64,000 nucleotides of DNA from Squalus acanthias (taxonomy: Eukaryota), in assembly GCA_030390025.1 (NCBI GenBank), contig CM059432.1, forward strand, positions 79,548,001 to 79,612,000, in the 5' to 3' direction. Position 1 is the stretch's first letter. Every line of letters begins with the position of its first letter. The notes under the pieces are model-generated. The model had not been told where the DNA came from. It did no database searches and saw only the letters and a list, made by a program, of their open reading frames with translations. Positions 26,891-39,320 of this stretch are shown here, piece by piece. Position numbers and translations under genes: made by a program.

Positions 26891-27261
26891 GCTGACACAC
26901 TCAGAATGATTAGCTAACATTCTCTTATGAGGACTTTATCAAATGCCTTCTGGAAGTCCATATAAACATTCCCCTGTCCACTACTTTAGTCACCTCTTCA
27001 AAAAATTCAATCAGGTTCATCAGGCATGACTTACCCTTTGACAAATTCATGCTGGCTCACTCTGATAAGTTGAAAATTTTTAAGCTGTTCAATCACTCTG
27101 CCCTTAATTATAGACTCTAGTAATTTCCCGACAACAGATATTAGGATAACTGGTCTATAATCCCCTGCTTTCCCTCTGTTACCTTTCTTAAATAGCAGAG
27201 TAAGATATGCAATTTTCCAATCTGAAGGAACGGTCCCTGAATCAAGAGAACTTTCAAAGAT

Positions 27262-30044
27262 TTTTTTAATTAATTCACTGGATGTGGGTGTCGCTGGCAA
27301 GGCCAGCATTTATTACCCATCCCTAATTGCCCTTGAGAAGGTGGTGGTGAGCCGCCTTCTTGAACTGCTGCAGTCGGTGTGGTGAAGGTGCTCTCACAGT
27401 GCTGTTAGGGAGGGAGTTCCAGGATTTTGACCTGACGATGATGAAGGAACGGCAATATACTTCCAAGTCAGGATGGTGTGTGACTTGAAGGGGAACGTGT
27501 TCCCATGCACATGCTGCCCTTTTCCTTCTAGGTGGTAGAGATCACGGGTTTGGGAGGTGCTGTCGAAGAAGTCTTGCCGAGTTGCTGCAGTGCATCTTGT
27601 AGATGGTACACACTGCAGCCCCAGTGCGCCGGTGGTGGAGGGAGTGAATGTTTAAGATGGTGGATGGGATGCCAATCACGCGGGCTGCTTTGTCTTGGAT
27701 GGCGTCGAGCTTCTTGAGTGTTGTTGGAGCTGTACTCATCCAGGCAAGTGGAGAGTATTCCATCACACTCCTGACTTGTGCCTTGTAGATGGTGGAAAGG
27801 CTTTGGGGAGTCAGGAGGTGAGACACTCACAGCAGTATACCCAGCCTCTGACCTGTTCTTGTAGCCATAGTATTTATGTGGCTGGTCCAGTTAAGTTTCT
27901 GGTCAATGGTGACCCCCAGGATGTTAATAGTGAGGGATTCAGCGATGGTAATGCTGTTGAATGTCAAGGGAGGTGGTTGGACTCTCTTTTGTTGGAGATA
28001 GTCATTGCCTGGCACTTGAGTGATGCGAATGTTACTTGCCACGTATCTTCCCAAACCGGAATGTTGTCCAGGTCTTGCTACATACGGGCATTATCTGAGC
28101 AGTTGTAAATGCAACTGAACACTGTGCAATCATCAGCGAACATCCCCTCTTATGACCTTATGATGGAGGGAAGCAGCTAAAGATGGTCGCGCCTAGGACA
28201 CTGCCCTGAGGAACTCCTGCAGCAATGTCCTGGGGCTGAGATGATTGGCCTCCAACAACCACAACCATCTTCCTTTGTGCTACGTATGACTCCAGCCAGT
28301 GGAGAGTTTTCCCCGATTCCCATTGACTTCAATTTTACTAGGGCTCTTTGATGCCACACTCGTTCAAATGCTGCCTTGATGTCAAGGACAGTCACTCTCA
28401 TCTCACCTCTGGAATTCAGTTCTTTTGTCCATGTTTGGACCAAGGCTGTAATGAGGTCGGGGGCTGAGTGGTCTTGGCGGAACCCAAACTAAGCATCAGT
28501 GAGCAGGTTATTGGTGAGTAAGTGCCGCTTGATAGCACTGTCGACAACACGTTCCATCACTTTGCTGATGATTGAGAATAAACTGATGGGGTGCTAATTG
28601 GTCGGATTGGATTTGTCCTGCTTTTTGTGGACAGGACATACCTGGGCAGTTTTACACATTGTCGGGTAGATTCCAATGTTGTAGCTGTACTGGAACAGCT
28701 TGGCTAGAGGCACAGCTAGTTCTGGAGCACAAGTCTTCAGCACGACAACCAGGATGTTGTCAGGGCCCATAGACCTTGCTGTATCCAATGCGCTCAGCCG
28801 TTTCTTGATATCACGTGGAGTGAATCGAATTTGCTGAAGACTGGCTTCTGTGATGCTGGGGACCTCAGGAGGAGGCCGAGATGGATCATCCACTCTGCAC
28901 TTCTGAAGATGGTTGCAAACACTTCAGCCTTGTCTTTTTCACTCACGTGCTGGGCTCCGCCATCATTGACGATGGGATGTTCATGGAGCCTCCTCCTCCC
29001 CCCATTAGTTGTCCACCACCATTCACGACTGGATGTGGCAGGACTGCAGAGCTTTGATCTGATCTGTTGGTTGTGGGATCGCTTAGCTCTGTCCATGCAT
29101 GTAGTCCTGTGTTGCAGCTTCCCCAGGTTGGCACTTCATTTTTAGGTATGCCAGGTGCTGATCCTGGCATGCTCTTCTACACACCTCATTGAACCAGGTA
29201 ATAGTAGAGTGAGGGATATGCCAGGCCATGAGGTGACAGATTGTGGTGGAATACAATTCTGCTGCTGATGTCCACTTTTGAGCTGCTAGATCTGTTCTGA
29301 ATCTATCCCATCTATCCCAGTGCCACACAACACAATGGAGGGTGTCCTGAGTGGGAAGACAGAACTTCGTCTGGATACCACTGTGCGGTGGTCACTGCTA
29401 TGGTCATAGCGCATCTGCGACAGGTAGATTTGTGAGGACGAGGTCAAGTAGGTTTTTCCCCTTGTGTTGGTTCTCACCACCTGCCGCAGGCCCAGTCTGG
29501 CAGCTATGTCCTTCAGGACTTGGCCAGCTTGATCAGTAGTGGTGCTTGAACATTGAAGTCCCTCACCCAGAGTGCATTCTGTGCCCTTGCTACCCTCAGT
29601 GCTTTTTCCAAGTGGTGCTCAGCATGGAGGAGTACTGATTCATCAGCTGAGGGAGGGTGGTAGGTGGTAATCAGCAGGAAGTTTCCTTGCCCATGCTTAA
29701 CCTGAAGCCATGAGACTTCATGGGGTCCAGAGTCAATGTTGAGTATTCCCGACTGTATACCACCACCTCTGGTATACCTCAGGGATGGTGATGGAAGAGT
29801 CTGGGACATTGGGTCTAGAGAAACATATAGGCCAGACCAGGTAAGGACAGCAGATTTCCTTCTCTAAAGGGCATTAGTGAACCAGATGTAGTTTCATGCT
29901 AGCTTTTTATTACAGATTTATTTAATTAACTAAATTTAAATTTCCTGGCTGCCAGTGGTGGGGTTTGAACTCACGTGTCCGGATCAGTAGTCCAGGCCTC
30001 TGGATTACTATGTCCAGTAACATAACTACTATGCTACCGTACCC
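27262..30044 (-). mobile_element. LINE family B, both ends present, internal deletions, tRNA-like 5' head
   Basis: Host CR1 resumes at 30045. Head GGGTACGGTAGCATAGTAG..GAGTTCAAACCCC, followed by endonuclease/RT fragments and the family tail. Confidence 0.85.
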
Positions 30045-32714
30045 AATTATAGCTAGGGCATCTGCAATGTTCTCACCTACATCCTTTAAAACCCTGGGAT
30101 GAAAACCATCTGGTCCTGGGGATTTGTCACCCTTTGGTGCCATTATTTTCTTCATTACTGTTAATTTGATTATGTTAATTATGGTGAGTCCCCATCCCTG
30201 ATTCAATATTTGTTTCCTTGAGATGTCCAGCATGTTATCCTCTTTTTCCACTGTAAATACTGATGCAAAGTAATTATTTAACATGTCCGCCATTTCCTTA
30301 TCATTTATAATATCACCATTATCAGTTTTTAAAGGACCCGCATTGCCCTTAACTATCCCCTTTTACCAAATATAATTGTAATCTTTTTCATGTTGATTTT
30401 GATATCTCTTGCAAGTTTCTTTTCATATTCTGTTTTTGTAGCTCTTACTATCTGTTTTGTCACCCTTGCTGTTCTTTGTATCTTTCCCAGTCACCAGGAT
30501 CTGTGCTATTTTTTGCATTCTTGAATGCTTTTTCTTCTAGTTTTATGTTGTCCCTACCTCTTCAGTCGTCCACAACTTTTTTTTGGCTAGTAGGGCTCTT
30601 GCCCCTTAGGGGTATAAACTGGTTCTGAATCACATTAAATTCTTTTTTGAGAACCTCCCACTGATCTGTCATTTTACCCAGTAACAGATTTGCTTAGTTT
30701 ACTGTGGACAGTCTCTGTCTCATCCCGTTGAAGTCAGCTTTACCCAAATCTAGAAGCTTAGTAGCTATTTCCCGTTTCTCCCTTTCAAACACAACACTGA
30801 ACTCGATCATATTATGATTGCTATTAGATAAATGTTCATGCACCGTTAGGCTGTTAACTAAATCTGGCTCATTATTAAATCTAATATGGCCTGTGCCCTT
30901 GTTGGTTCGAGGACATATTGTTGCATAAAAATGTCCTGAACACACTCAGGAAATTCACTACCTTTCTGGCATGAGCTCATCTGCTTATCCCAATCTATAG
31001 GGGAGTTAAAATCCCCCATTAAAACCACTCTGCCTTTACTACATACTTGTCTAATCTTTGCATTAATACATTCTGCCACTTTACAGTTGCTACCAGGGAA
31101 CCTATACACAACTCCCACTACAGTCTTAAATCCTTTTGTATTTATTAATTCTACCCATAAAGTCTCCACTGCCTGCTTACCTTTCGTTATATCATCTCTT
31201 ATCATAAAAGTGATTTCAGCCTTAATCACTAATGCTACTCCTCCCCCTCTACCAGATTCCCCATCCTTCCTGTGGACCTTATAACCTTGTATATTCAGTT
31301 CCCAGTCCTGACCATCTTATAGCCATGTCTCAGTAATAGCTACCATGTCGTATAACCTAAATTAAATTTGGGCCTGCAGTTCATTCAATTGATTGCTTAT
31401 ACTCCGTGTGTTTGTATAAAGAACGCTTATTGGGCCACAAACCCTAACCTGTCCTTCTGCTCTACTGTTGTTTTTCTCACACATTTCTTATTTCTCTCTT
31501 CTGATTTAATTACTTTACATCTTTTAGTTTTCCCTTTACCTGTAGTGCCTGAAGCACAATTTCTGTCTATTACTCTACTCTCTTCCTTCTCATTTGTTTT
31601 AGCATTATTATTTATGCCACCTTTTCCACCTGAGTCCCCTCCCCCTCCCCCTCCCCCATTTACTAGTTTAAAGTCCTTGTGACCGCCCTATTCATCCTTT
31701 CCCCTCGGACCCTGGTCCTAGCCCGGTTCAGGTGGAGCCCATCCCAACGGTACAGTTCTTTCTGTCCCAGTACTGGTGCCAGTGCCCCATGAAATGGAAC
31801 CTCTCTCCCACTCCTTCAGCCATGTGTTCACCTCCCTAATCTTCTTATCCGTACGCCAATTTGCATATGGCTTGGGTAATAATCCAGAGATTATAACCCT
31901 TGAGGTCCTGTTTTTCATTTTAGCTCCTGGCTCCTGATACTCTCGGAACAGGACCTCTTGCCTACTCTTTCCTATGTTGTTGGTGCCAAATGATTGGATC
32001 CTCCCCCTCCCTCTCCAATATCCTTGCCAGCCAGTTCGAGATATCGCTCACCTTGGTACCATGTAGGGAACATGTCATGATCCTGCTTACAAAGGATGCT
32101 ACACATCCCCCTAATTATTGAATCTCCTACCTGGGGATGAGAGTGTAAGCTCTTGAATCAGACACTAGCGTGTTAGAGTACTGCATCCTGCCAAAGGGAA
32201 TGAAAGCAAGATCCTCACTGCTTATTAATGTAGTAAATTACCTTAGCGTTGCCTACCCATACATATAGCAATTTACCATGTACTATGGTCTATGAAGTCT
32301 CCAGTTCTGACCTGATCACCTTTAGCTCCAGGCAATTGTGGTACCACGTGGAAGATTCTATTGTACACTTGGTTTGAGCTCAATCCCATTTCAGATGAGT
32401 ACCCAATTCTGTCACAGACATATCCATTACAACCATAATCTCGTCCTTACTGGTTGGAAAAAGGGAGTACTATGGGGAAATAACTGGCTGAGAAAGTTCA
32501 ACTGCAGTCATCACAAACAGACAGGGATTGGGGGGGCCAAGAGAATGGCTGTTGTCAACAGACATACTATTTTTAAATAACTTTTTGCCGGGAATCTTGA
32601 TCCTACTCTTGGGAAGGAATATCAGATCCCTTAATATTGTAAAGGAGAGGTAGAGGAAGATGAAGAGGGATGGGGAGGAAGAAAGAGGAGTGAAAGCGAG
32701 AGAGAAACAGATGA

Positions 32715-32826
32715 GAGAGAGAGCGAGGGGGGGACGGGAGAGCGAGGTGGGGGACGGGAGAGCTGGGGGGACGGGAGAGCGAGGTGGGGGACGGGAGAGC
32801 GAGGGGGGAACGGGAGAGCGAGGGGT
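32715..32826. repeat. Purine-rich minisatellite, about 18-19 bp unit GAGAGCGAGG(T)GGGGGACGG
   Basis: About six tandem copies visible. Confidence 0.85.
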
Positions 32827-32970
32827 AAATTGCAGGTCACTATTTGAGCACTGTTTTTCTGCCTTTAACAAAAAAGCACTTTAAAAGAACCCCAGTTTCA
32901 CAACCCTAGACTATATTTTAAATACATAGATAAACTGCGACGAACAGTGAAAAAGGCTTGGTCTCAATCA

Positions 32971-33144
<174 letters not shown>

Positions 33145-34092
33145 TCAAAGCTATTTCACTGTAGATTTGTGTTTGAGCTCTTGGCTATTTCCAAAAAATG
33201 ATCAAACTCGACCCTGTGGAAGTAATTTAAGACACAATTATATCGTACAAATATATGGGAATACAAATACCTCTCTTGAACACAGTAAGGCTGATTTTGG
33301 TTTCCCCAAAGTAAAACCAGTGGGAGGTGCGCAGGGTGAAAGGAGTCAATGGGGAAACTGTCCTATTGCCAGGTTACTTCTCATTTACATGAATTAGGTG
33401 ATCTACCAGTGCAAAACACACTTATCACTGGCAGCTTGTCAGTTAAGGATTGGGAAATCAGGTGCTGTTACAGGTTCTTAAGAGTTTATAGCAGCTTAAA
33501 TGGAGGGTGGCTAAAGCGGAAGGAACATTTTGGAGACACAGAAAGATGTCTGGAGCCCCAAAGTTTTCACATTCTGACGCAAAATTGCTGAGCGAGAGAG
33601 AGGAGGGATAGTTGATTGGGTCCAAGGTAAATTGGTGAATGAGCATGGTACAAGATGTGAATATGAGCAGATTTACACCAGTGCAGAAATAAATTTAATG
33701 ATCTCACTAGTGAGACTCCCTGTCACATCTCTCATTCCTTATGCTCAGCTCCACATGACCCTACTTTCCCCTCTGCAAAAACAATCCTTCCCTTCTCCAC
33801 TTCCCATGGCTGTCCATAGTCAGCAGGGATGACTTCATAGCATCTCCTGTCTGCTTTCATTACACCCTCAAAAGTTGCTACTCCCCTCATGACTACTTCT
33901 TCCACTTGGGCAAACATACTGTTTCTTCCCGTCATAATGCACACTATAGTAAGCAGATTCATACAGAGCAAAGGTTGAAAACCCTTGCTCAGGACACATA
34001 TTTACCCATTTCTGCTCTTCTGGTGTCAGCCATGGCTTAGTGGTAGCACTCTTGCCTCTAAGTCAGAAGGTTGTGTGTTCAAGCCCCACTCC

Positions 34093-34695
34093 TAGGGTCG
34101 CCAACTCTGGTTTGACTTATTCCTGGAGATTTGGCATGTGGCATTTGATCATGTGTCACTGCTCGTGTGATGCAGAACCCTGATGAAGGGTCATCGACAT
34201 AGAAGGTTCTTTCTCCACAGATGCTGCCTGACCTGCTGAGTATTTCCAGCATTTTCTGTTTTTATTTCAGATTTCCAGAATCCGCAGTATTTTGCTTTTG
34301 GCCCTCCCCAGTTTGTTTTTCTCTCTCTCCCTCCCTCCCCAGTTTGTGTTGCTCTCTCTCCCTCCCTCAGTTTATGTTTCTCTTTCTCCCCCAGTTTGTG
34401 CTTCTTTCTCCCTCCCTCTCCCAGTTGCTCTCTCAGGACTCCGTTTCCAGGCAAATATTCGTTGGCCCCGATCTCATCATCCTCACAACCGGCAATGAAG
34501 CAGTGTTTGCGAATAGCAGGGGACCAGCCGGGCTCAGACAATGTGGTTTTGTTGCAAGCCACGACAGCTGGGGCACTGCGCACGCGCAACCGCGCAGACA
34601 AGGACCGTTTCGCCCAAGTCGCCAGCAGCATCGCTCAGGAGACCAATCGCTCATTCCGATAGACTTCTGTCGAAAGCGGGAGGGTTGGGCACCTA
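34093..34695. mobile_element. Putative non-autonomous DNA transposon with an internal Penelope-like fragment and CT-rich repeats
   Basis: Termini TAGGGTCGCCAAC / GTTGGGCACCTA; interrupts the SINE cleanly; superfamily uncertain. Confidence 0.5.
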
Positions 34696-34969
34696 CGACT
34701 TGAGCACATAATGTAGGCTGACACTTCAGCACCGTACTGAGGGAGAGCTGAACTGTCAGAAGCATGACATTTAAACTGAGGCCCTGTCTTTCAGATAGAA
34801 GTAAAAGATCCCATAGCACTATTTAAAAAGCAGGAGAGTTCGCCTGCTGCCTTGGTCAAAATGTATCCCTCAACCAACACCACCAAAAACAGATTATCTG
34901 GTCATTTGATTCATTGATATTTGTGGGGCGTTGCTTTGCACAAAGTGGATGCTGTGTTTCCTTACGTTA

Positions 34970-35074
34970 CAAGCTCCGAAAGCTTGTAATTTTAAATAAA
35001 TCTGTTGGACTATAACCTGGTGTTGTGCGACTTCTCATTTTTGTCCACCCCAGTCCAACGCCGGCATCTCCGCA
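34970..35074 (+). mobile_element. Penelope-like 3' terminal fragment (family P1)
   Basis: TSD tccttacgtta (34959-34969 / 35075-35085); begins with the 3' half of the hammerhead, gctccgaaagcttgta. Confidence 0.75.
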
Positions 35075-35164
35075 TCCTTACGTTATAACAGGGACAACAC
35101 TGTGAAACACTTTGGAATACTTTGAGCCCGTGAAAGGCAGTATATTAATGCAACCTCTTTCTTG

Positions 35165-35880
35165 CAGGGCGATCCTGCCACGCTACAAAAATTCAACCCC
35201 ATGAAAGAGGCCGCCATTGATATTTTGGGATGTGACACATCAGTCAGCATAGAGGATGGCAAAGGTGAAGGCCTACGAAACCGGGTTTATGGACATCTTC
35301 CTTACGTCGTCTTAACTCTTTGACTCAAATCCTCACACACCTCTTGAACATGACAATCTGATGTGGCCTTGTGGTGAGTGATCTGACATACGTATGCTAT
35401 CAAAACATTTTAATCTTTGTCCCTGTCCCATTTTTCTAGGTCCAACAAACAACTCTGACAGACGTGCAAGGTTAAGTGAAGATGAAAGCTTTGATAACAA
35501 GTATCATTCACTCTTACTATATCAAGGTATCGAAATTAGCATCACATATGACTTGCATTCTAATTTTGAAAGGGCCACACTGGGTGATTCACTGAGCACA
35601 ATTGAGCAGGACCAGGTGGAGATGGCAAGAAAGGCCAAGGGTCAAGTTATCTGGAAGGCCAGCTCACATCCTAGAGCTGTTGAAGAGGACAGAGATGCAT
35701 ACTTCATGGAGCCAGCATTTAAAAAAGGATGATTTCTGTGCACCAACAATTGCTGAAAGCATTGGACTGCCTTCCAGGGAGCTTTAGAGGCACATTAGCT
35801 AGTATATTGCAGTCCACTACTCACTTGGGTAGTGGTTTCTGCAGTTGAAACTCTGCAGTCAACCATGGAGAGGCATGTGG
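35165..35880 (+). pseudogene. Old remnant of a Harbinger Myb/SANT gene (exons 2-3)
   Basis: GDPATLQKFNPMKEAAIDILG resembles GEPPSVAQLTTWEEAVLEMVG. Acceptor tttctag|GTCC. FKK-RMISVHQQLLKALDCLPGSF..LQSTT resembles FRRRVMGMRMEMIGAMARVPESL..EETT of element B. Confidence 0.5.
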
Positions 35881-36444
35881 TCATTTAGGGGCTTTTTCAC
35901 GAGCCTGCTCCCTTCCCGGCTTTTTCTAACAAGCCTGCTCCCTTCCCGGCTTCTTAAAACTTTTTTAACGAGCCCGCTCCCGTGATGAACCGGAAGCGCG
36001 CATGTGCAGAATGCTTCCAGTTCGTTGGCAGCAGTCGCGACCTTTTAATAAACTCTCCTGCCTGTATCTGAGGCCCTAGAATTGACCATCTCAGCTACTT
36101 TGGACAGTCTAGAAGATCAAATAGATAGGGCTTCACTTAGATCAGTAATCTCTTCAAGTCTGCTGTGCTGCAGATCAATAGGAGTGCTGAGCTGCAGCTC
36201 AGTAGCTGGAGCAATCATGCAATGGGAATGGAAGATGGTGCTATCTGAGAATTCATCTCAGCCCTCCTTTTCCTCATCAACATGCTGCCCATTGGGACAT
36301 CATCTTACAGACACAGGGTCAGCTTCCATATGTACACCAATGACACCCAGCTTACCTTTCCACCACCTTTCTTGCCTCTTCCACCATGTTTTCTGACTGC
36401 TTATCCAATGTACAGTTTTGTATGAGTCTTACCTTCCTCAAGAT

Positions 36445-36623
36445 GTGGAGATGCCGGTGTTGGACTGGGGTGGACAAATGTGAGAAGTCGCACAACACCA
36501 GGTTATAGTCCAACAGTTTTATTTGAAATCACAAGCTTTCGGAGCGCTGCTCCTTCGTCAGGTGAAGTGATTTCAAATAAAACTGTTGGACTATAACCTG
36601 GTGTTGTGCGACTTCTCACATTT
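36445..36623 (-). mobile_element. Penelope-like inverted terminal fragment (family P1)
   Basis: 57-bp perfect inverted repeat (36476-36532 / 36567-36623); TSD ttaccttcctcaagat (36429-36444 / 36622-36637). Confidence 0.8.
36529..36565 (-). ncRNA. Minimal hammerhead ribozyme (Penelope-type)
   Basis: UCAC CUGACGA A GGAGC AGC GCUCC GAAA GC UU GUGA: conserved core, stems I and II, palindromic AAGCUU at stem III. Confidence 0.8.
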
Positions 36624-37097
36624 ACCTTCCTCAAGATAAGCATTGGGAAAACCAAGGCTGCCATCATGACCTCTGCCACAAACTCGGTTCCCTTGCCACT
36701 GATTCCATCCCTTTCCTTGGCAACAGTCTCAGGCTGAACCAGAATGTTTGCAACCTCGGAGTCCTGTTTGACCCCAAGGTGTATTTTCAACCCTATATCC
36801 TCTCCATTGTAAAGACCACCAACTTCCACCTCCGTAACAGTACCCAACTCTGCCTCTATTTCAGCCTATCTGGCATTGGAACTCTCTCTCATGCCTTTTG
36901 GCACCTCCAGGCTCAATTACTCCAATGTTCTGTTGGCTGGCCTCCATCCTCCACAAACTCCAGCCCATCCAAAACTTTGCTCTCCGTATTCTATCCTTTA
37001 CCAAGTACTGAGCACTCATCATCCCTGTCCTCTCTGACCTACATTGGCTCCCAGTTTCTCAACACCTCAAATTTAAAATTCTTTCTTTCTATTTAAA

Positions 37098-37410
37098 GAA
37101 AGAACTTGCATTTATATGGAGCCTTTCATGACCTCAGGATGGCCCAAAGCACTTTACAGCCAATGAAATACTTTTTGTAGTCATTGTTGCAATGTAGGAA
37201 ATGTGGCAGCCAATTAGTGCACAGCAAAGTCCTACAAACAGCAATGAGATAATGACCAGATAATCTGTTTTAGTGATTTCGGTTGAGGGATAAATATTGG
37301 CCAGGACACTAGGGAGAACTCCTCTGCTCTTCTTCAAATAGTGCCATGGGATCTTTGTGTCCACCTGAGACGGCAGTTAGGACCTCCGTTTAATGTCTCA
37401 TCAAAAATCA
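37098..37410 (-). mobile_element. DeuSINE fragment
   Basis: Homologous to 26450-26765. Confidence 0.8.
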
Positions 37411-37761
37411 CTCCATTGCCTTGTTCTTCATTGTCACTGTAACCTCCTCCAGATAGAGTCCCGCGACATAGGTTCATGAACATGAACCGTTCTGTCCGAA
37501 GTTCAGTTCCAAATCTCATCGTAGAGAGGTGCCAACCACTTGTCCATTGGGAAAAGGAATAGGAATTGAGAATGATCCCTTGGTGCTTTCATGCAACTCT
37601 TAGAAACTTGGGTACAATTGTTGATTAGAAAGGGGAAAAGAGGACGAAAATAACTTGAAAAGGGCAGGTTATATAGGAATTTACTTTTTAGAATCATTTT
37701 AAGTGCAGTAGCACTCACTCACACTGGAGTGACCTTGGCTCAATTCCTGCCTCTGAGTCAG

Positions 37762-37940
37762 AAAAAAGTCTTGCATTTATATAGCGCCTTTCACGACCAC
37801 CGAACGTCTCAAAGTGCTTTACAGCCAATGAAGTACTTTTTGGATTGTAGTCACTGTTGTAATATGGAAAATGCGGCAGCCAAGTTGCGCACAGCAAGCT
37901 CCCACAAACAGCAATATGATAATGTCCAGATAATCTGTTA
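37762..37940 (-). mobile_element. DeuSINE 3' fragment
   Basis: cttgcatttatatagcgcctttcacgacc..cagataatctgtt. Confidence 0.8.
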
Positions 37941-38144
37941 ATAGGTTGGAGCCCCGCTCCAGGCCGTCGCCCCACCCACACATTGCACCCCTTCCACCGG
38001 GCTAACGGGATATTTTTTTACAGAAACGACCCAGGTCACGATCTGCTGGATGTAAAAGCAATGGAACAAATGGGGAGCCTCAGAAGAGAAGTGCTCAGAC
38101 CATCCGGTCAAGGCCATTTTTCAGGCATCACATAAAATAACATA

Positions 38145-38245
38145 AATTCTGACGAAGGGTCATCGACCTGAACCGTTAACTCTGTTTCTCTCTCCACAGA
38201 TGCTGCCTGACCTGCTGAGTATTTCCAGCAGTTTCTGTTTTTATT
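38145..38245 (+). mobile_element. Penelope-like terminal fragment (family P2) with mutated hammerhead
   Basis: ctgacgaagggtcatcgacctgaaccgttaac (GAAA changed to GAAC) followed by cacagatgctgcctgacctgctgag. Confidence 0.7.
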
Positions 38246-38299
38246 ACATAAAATCACTATTACGTTTGTCGCCCCAGTTAATCTGGAGAGGAAAAATGG

Positions 38300-38930
38300 G
38301 GCAGACGAGATCAGGAAGGAGATGGTGTCGACATACACCGCTGCCGGTGCGAAGCTGCTTGAGGCGCTTTCACAGAGTTTGCCTGAAGTCGGCTTAAGTT
38401 CCCGCACACTTTGCACGAATGTGAAGCCGAAACCGGATCGCATTCACTCAAACCACGGCGCATAACCGGCCGGCAGTGTTCACCAGCTGAACTAAGACCG
38501 GGAACCCAAGGTGTGTTGCCGAGCCTCCAGGAGCCCAGCCACTTCCGCCGGGCCCGGCAGCTGGCGATGAACCAACTCCGTGAAACAGCCCAACAACTCT
38601 CCAGGGAAAGGACTCACCACTGACACTGACTTTCACAAAAGATGAAATGATAATAAGTGAGGCCTCCTCTTTGCTAATAACGCCGCCCGCCGCCTTTGCT
38701 TACCAGGGCCCGGCTGCTGCTGGTGAACCGGCCGCACGCCCTGAAGCTGCAAGCGGCCGTTTCGAACGCTGAGCGGTTTGAAAGCTCGCGGCCGACGCTG
38801 CTGCGGTTGCTATGGGAGACGGGTGCCGCCATTGTGTTGCCCGGTATAGCGCCAGACCCTGAGGAAAGAAGACTTCGCTCTTTCCGTTCCGTGCTTTAAC
38901 TGAACTTGCGTTAGAGCGGCAAACAGACCA
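38300..38930 (-). promoter_or_regulatory. CpG-rich putative PPP1R42 promoter and non-coding first exon
   Basis: Non-repetitive CpG-dense island about 5.5 kb upstream of the ATG exon; minus-strand donors CTG|GTAAGC (38704/38703) and GTG|GTGAGT (38618/38617). Confidence 0.65.
38806..38820. promoter_or_regulatory. RFX X-box
   Basis: GTTGCT-ATG-GGAGAC (reverse GTCTCC-CAT-AGCAAC) fits the X-box pattern. Confidence 0.65.
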
Positions 38931-39104
38931 GAAAGAGAATAAAAGGACCAGTTAGGAGGAATTTTCAATACTACCAGGGCAAGGCATCATTTTAGGAATG
39001 AGATCTATGATAATCACAAATAAATAAATTTCAACAACCTCAGCAACCCTTCCCATTCTGCTTACCCCACTCACCACTGATCGAGGACTCTACAGTGAAT
39101 CAAT

Positions 39105-39320
39105 AACAACAATAAATGCATTTATATATATAGCACCCTTAACATAGAAAAACGTCCCAATGCGAATCACAGAAGGTAATCAGACAATAATCGATGACAA
39201 GCCAAGGAAGGAGATATTAGGAGGGATAACTAAAATATTGCTCAAAGGGATGGGTTTTAAGGAGGGCCTTAAAGGAGGAGAGCGAGCTGCAGAAATAGAG
39301 GTGTTTGGGAAATTAATTCA
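39105..39320 (-). mobile_element. L2 3' end fragment
   Basis: aacaacaataaatgcatttata..aaggagatattagga..ggttttaaggaggg, as at 44540-44720 and 62905-63110. Confidence 0.7.

Larger units (their letters stand above)
26040..32130 (-). mobile_element. CR1 LINE (ORF1 esterase remnant, endonuclease, RT), interrupted by a DeuSINE and a family B LINE
   Basis: VIISGLLP..IREVNTWLKEW (SGNH-type ORF1), [34 protein letters not shown]. Confidence 0.85.
34028..35160 (+). mobile_element. DeuSINE split by two younger insertions
   Basis: Head tggcttagtggtagcactc..gttcaagcccc, resumes gacttgagcac at about 34697; Deu-like body and gtgaaaggcagtatattaatgcaa tail. Confidence 0.8.
36240..37090 (+). mobile_element. 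L2 LINE 3' remnant
   Basis: ttccatatgtac..gacacccagct, aacctcggagtcctgtttgaccc, ctacattggctccc..tttaaaattc. Confidence 0.75.

Noticed and set aside
32715..32826. CRISPR-like or coding repeat
   Set aside because: Spacer-less purine-rich minisatellite in eukaryotic intronic DNA.
38108..38899. Short ORFs in the CpG island as protein-coding genes
   Set aside because: No recognisable homology; open frames are expected in GC-rich DNA.
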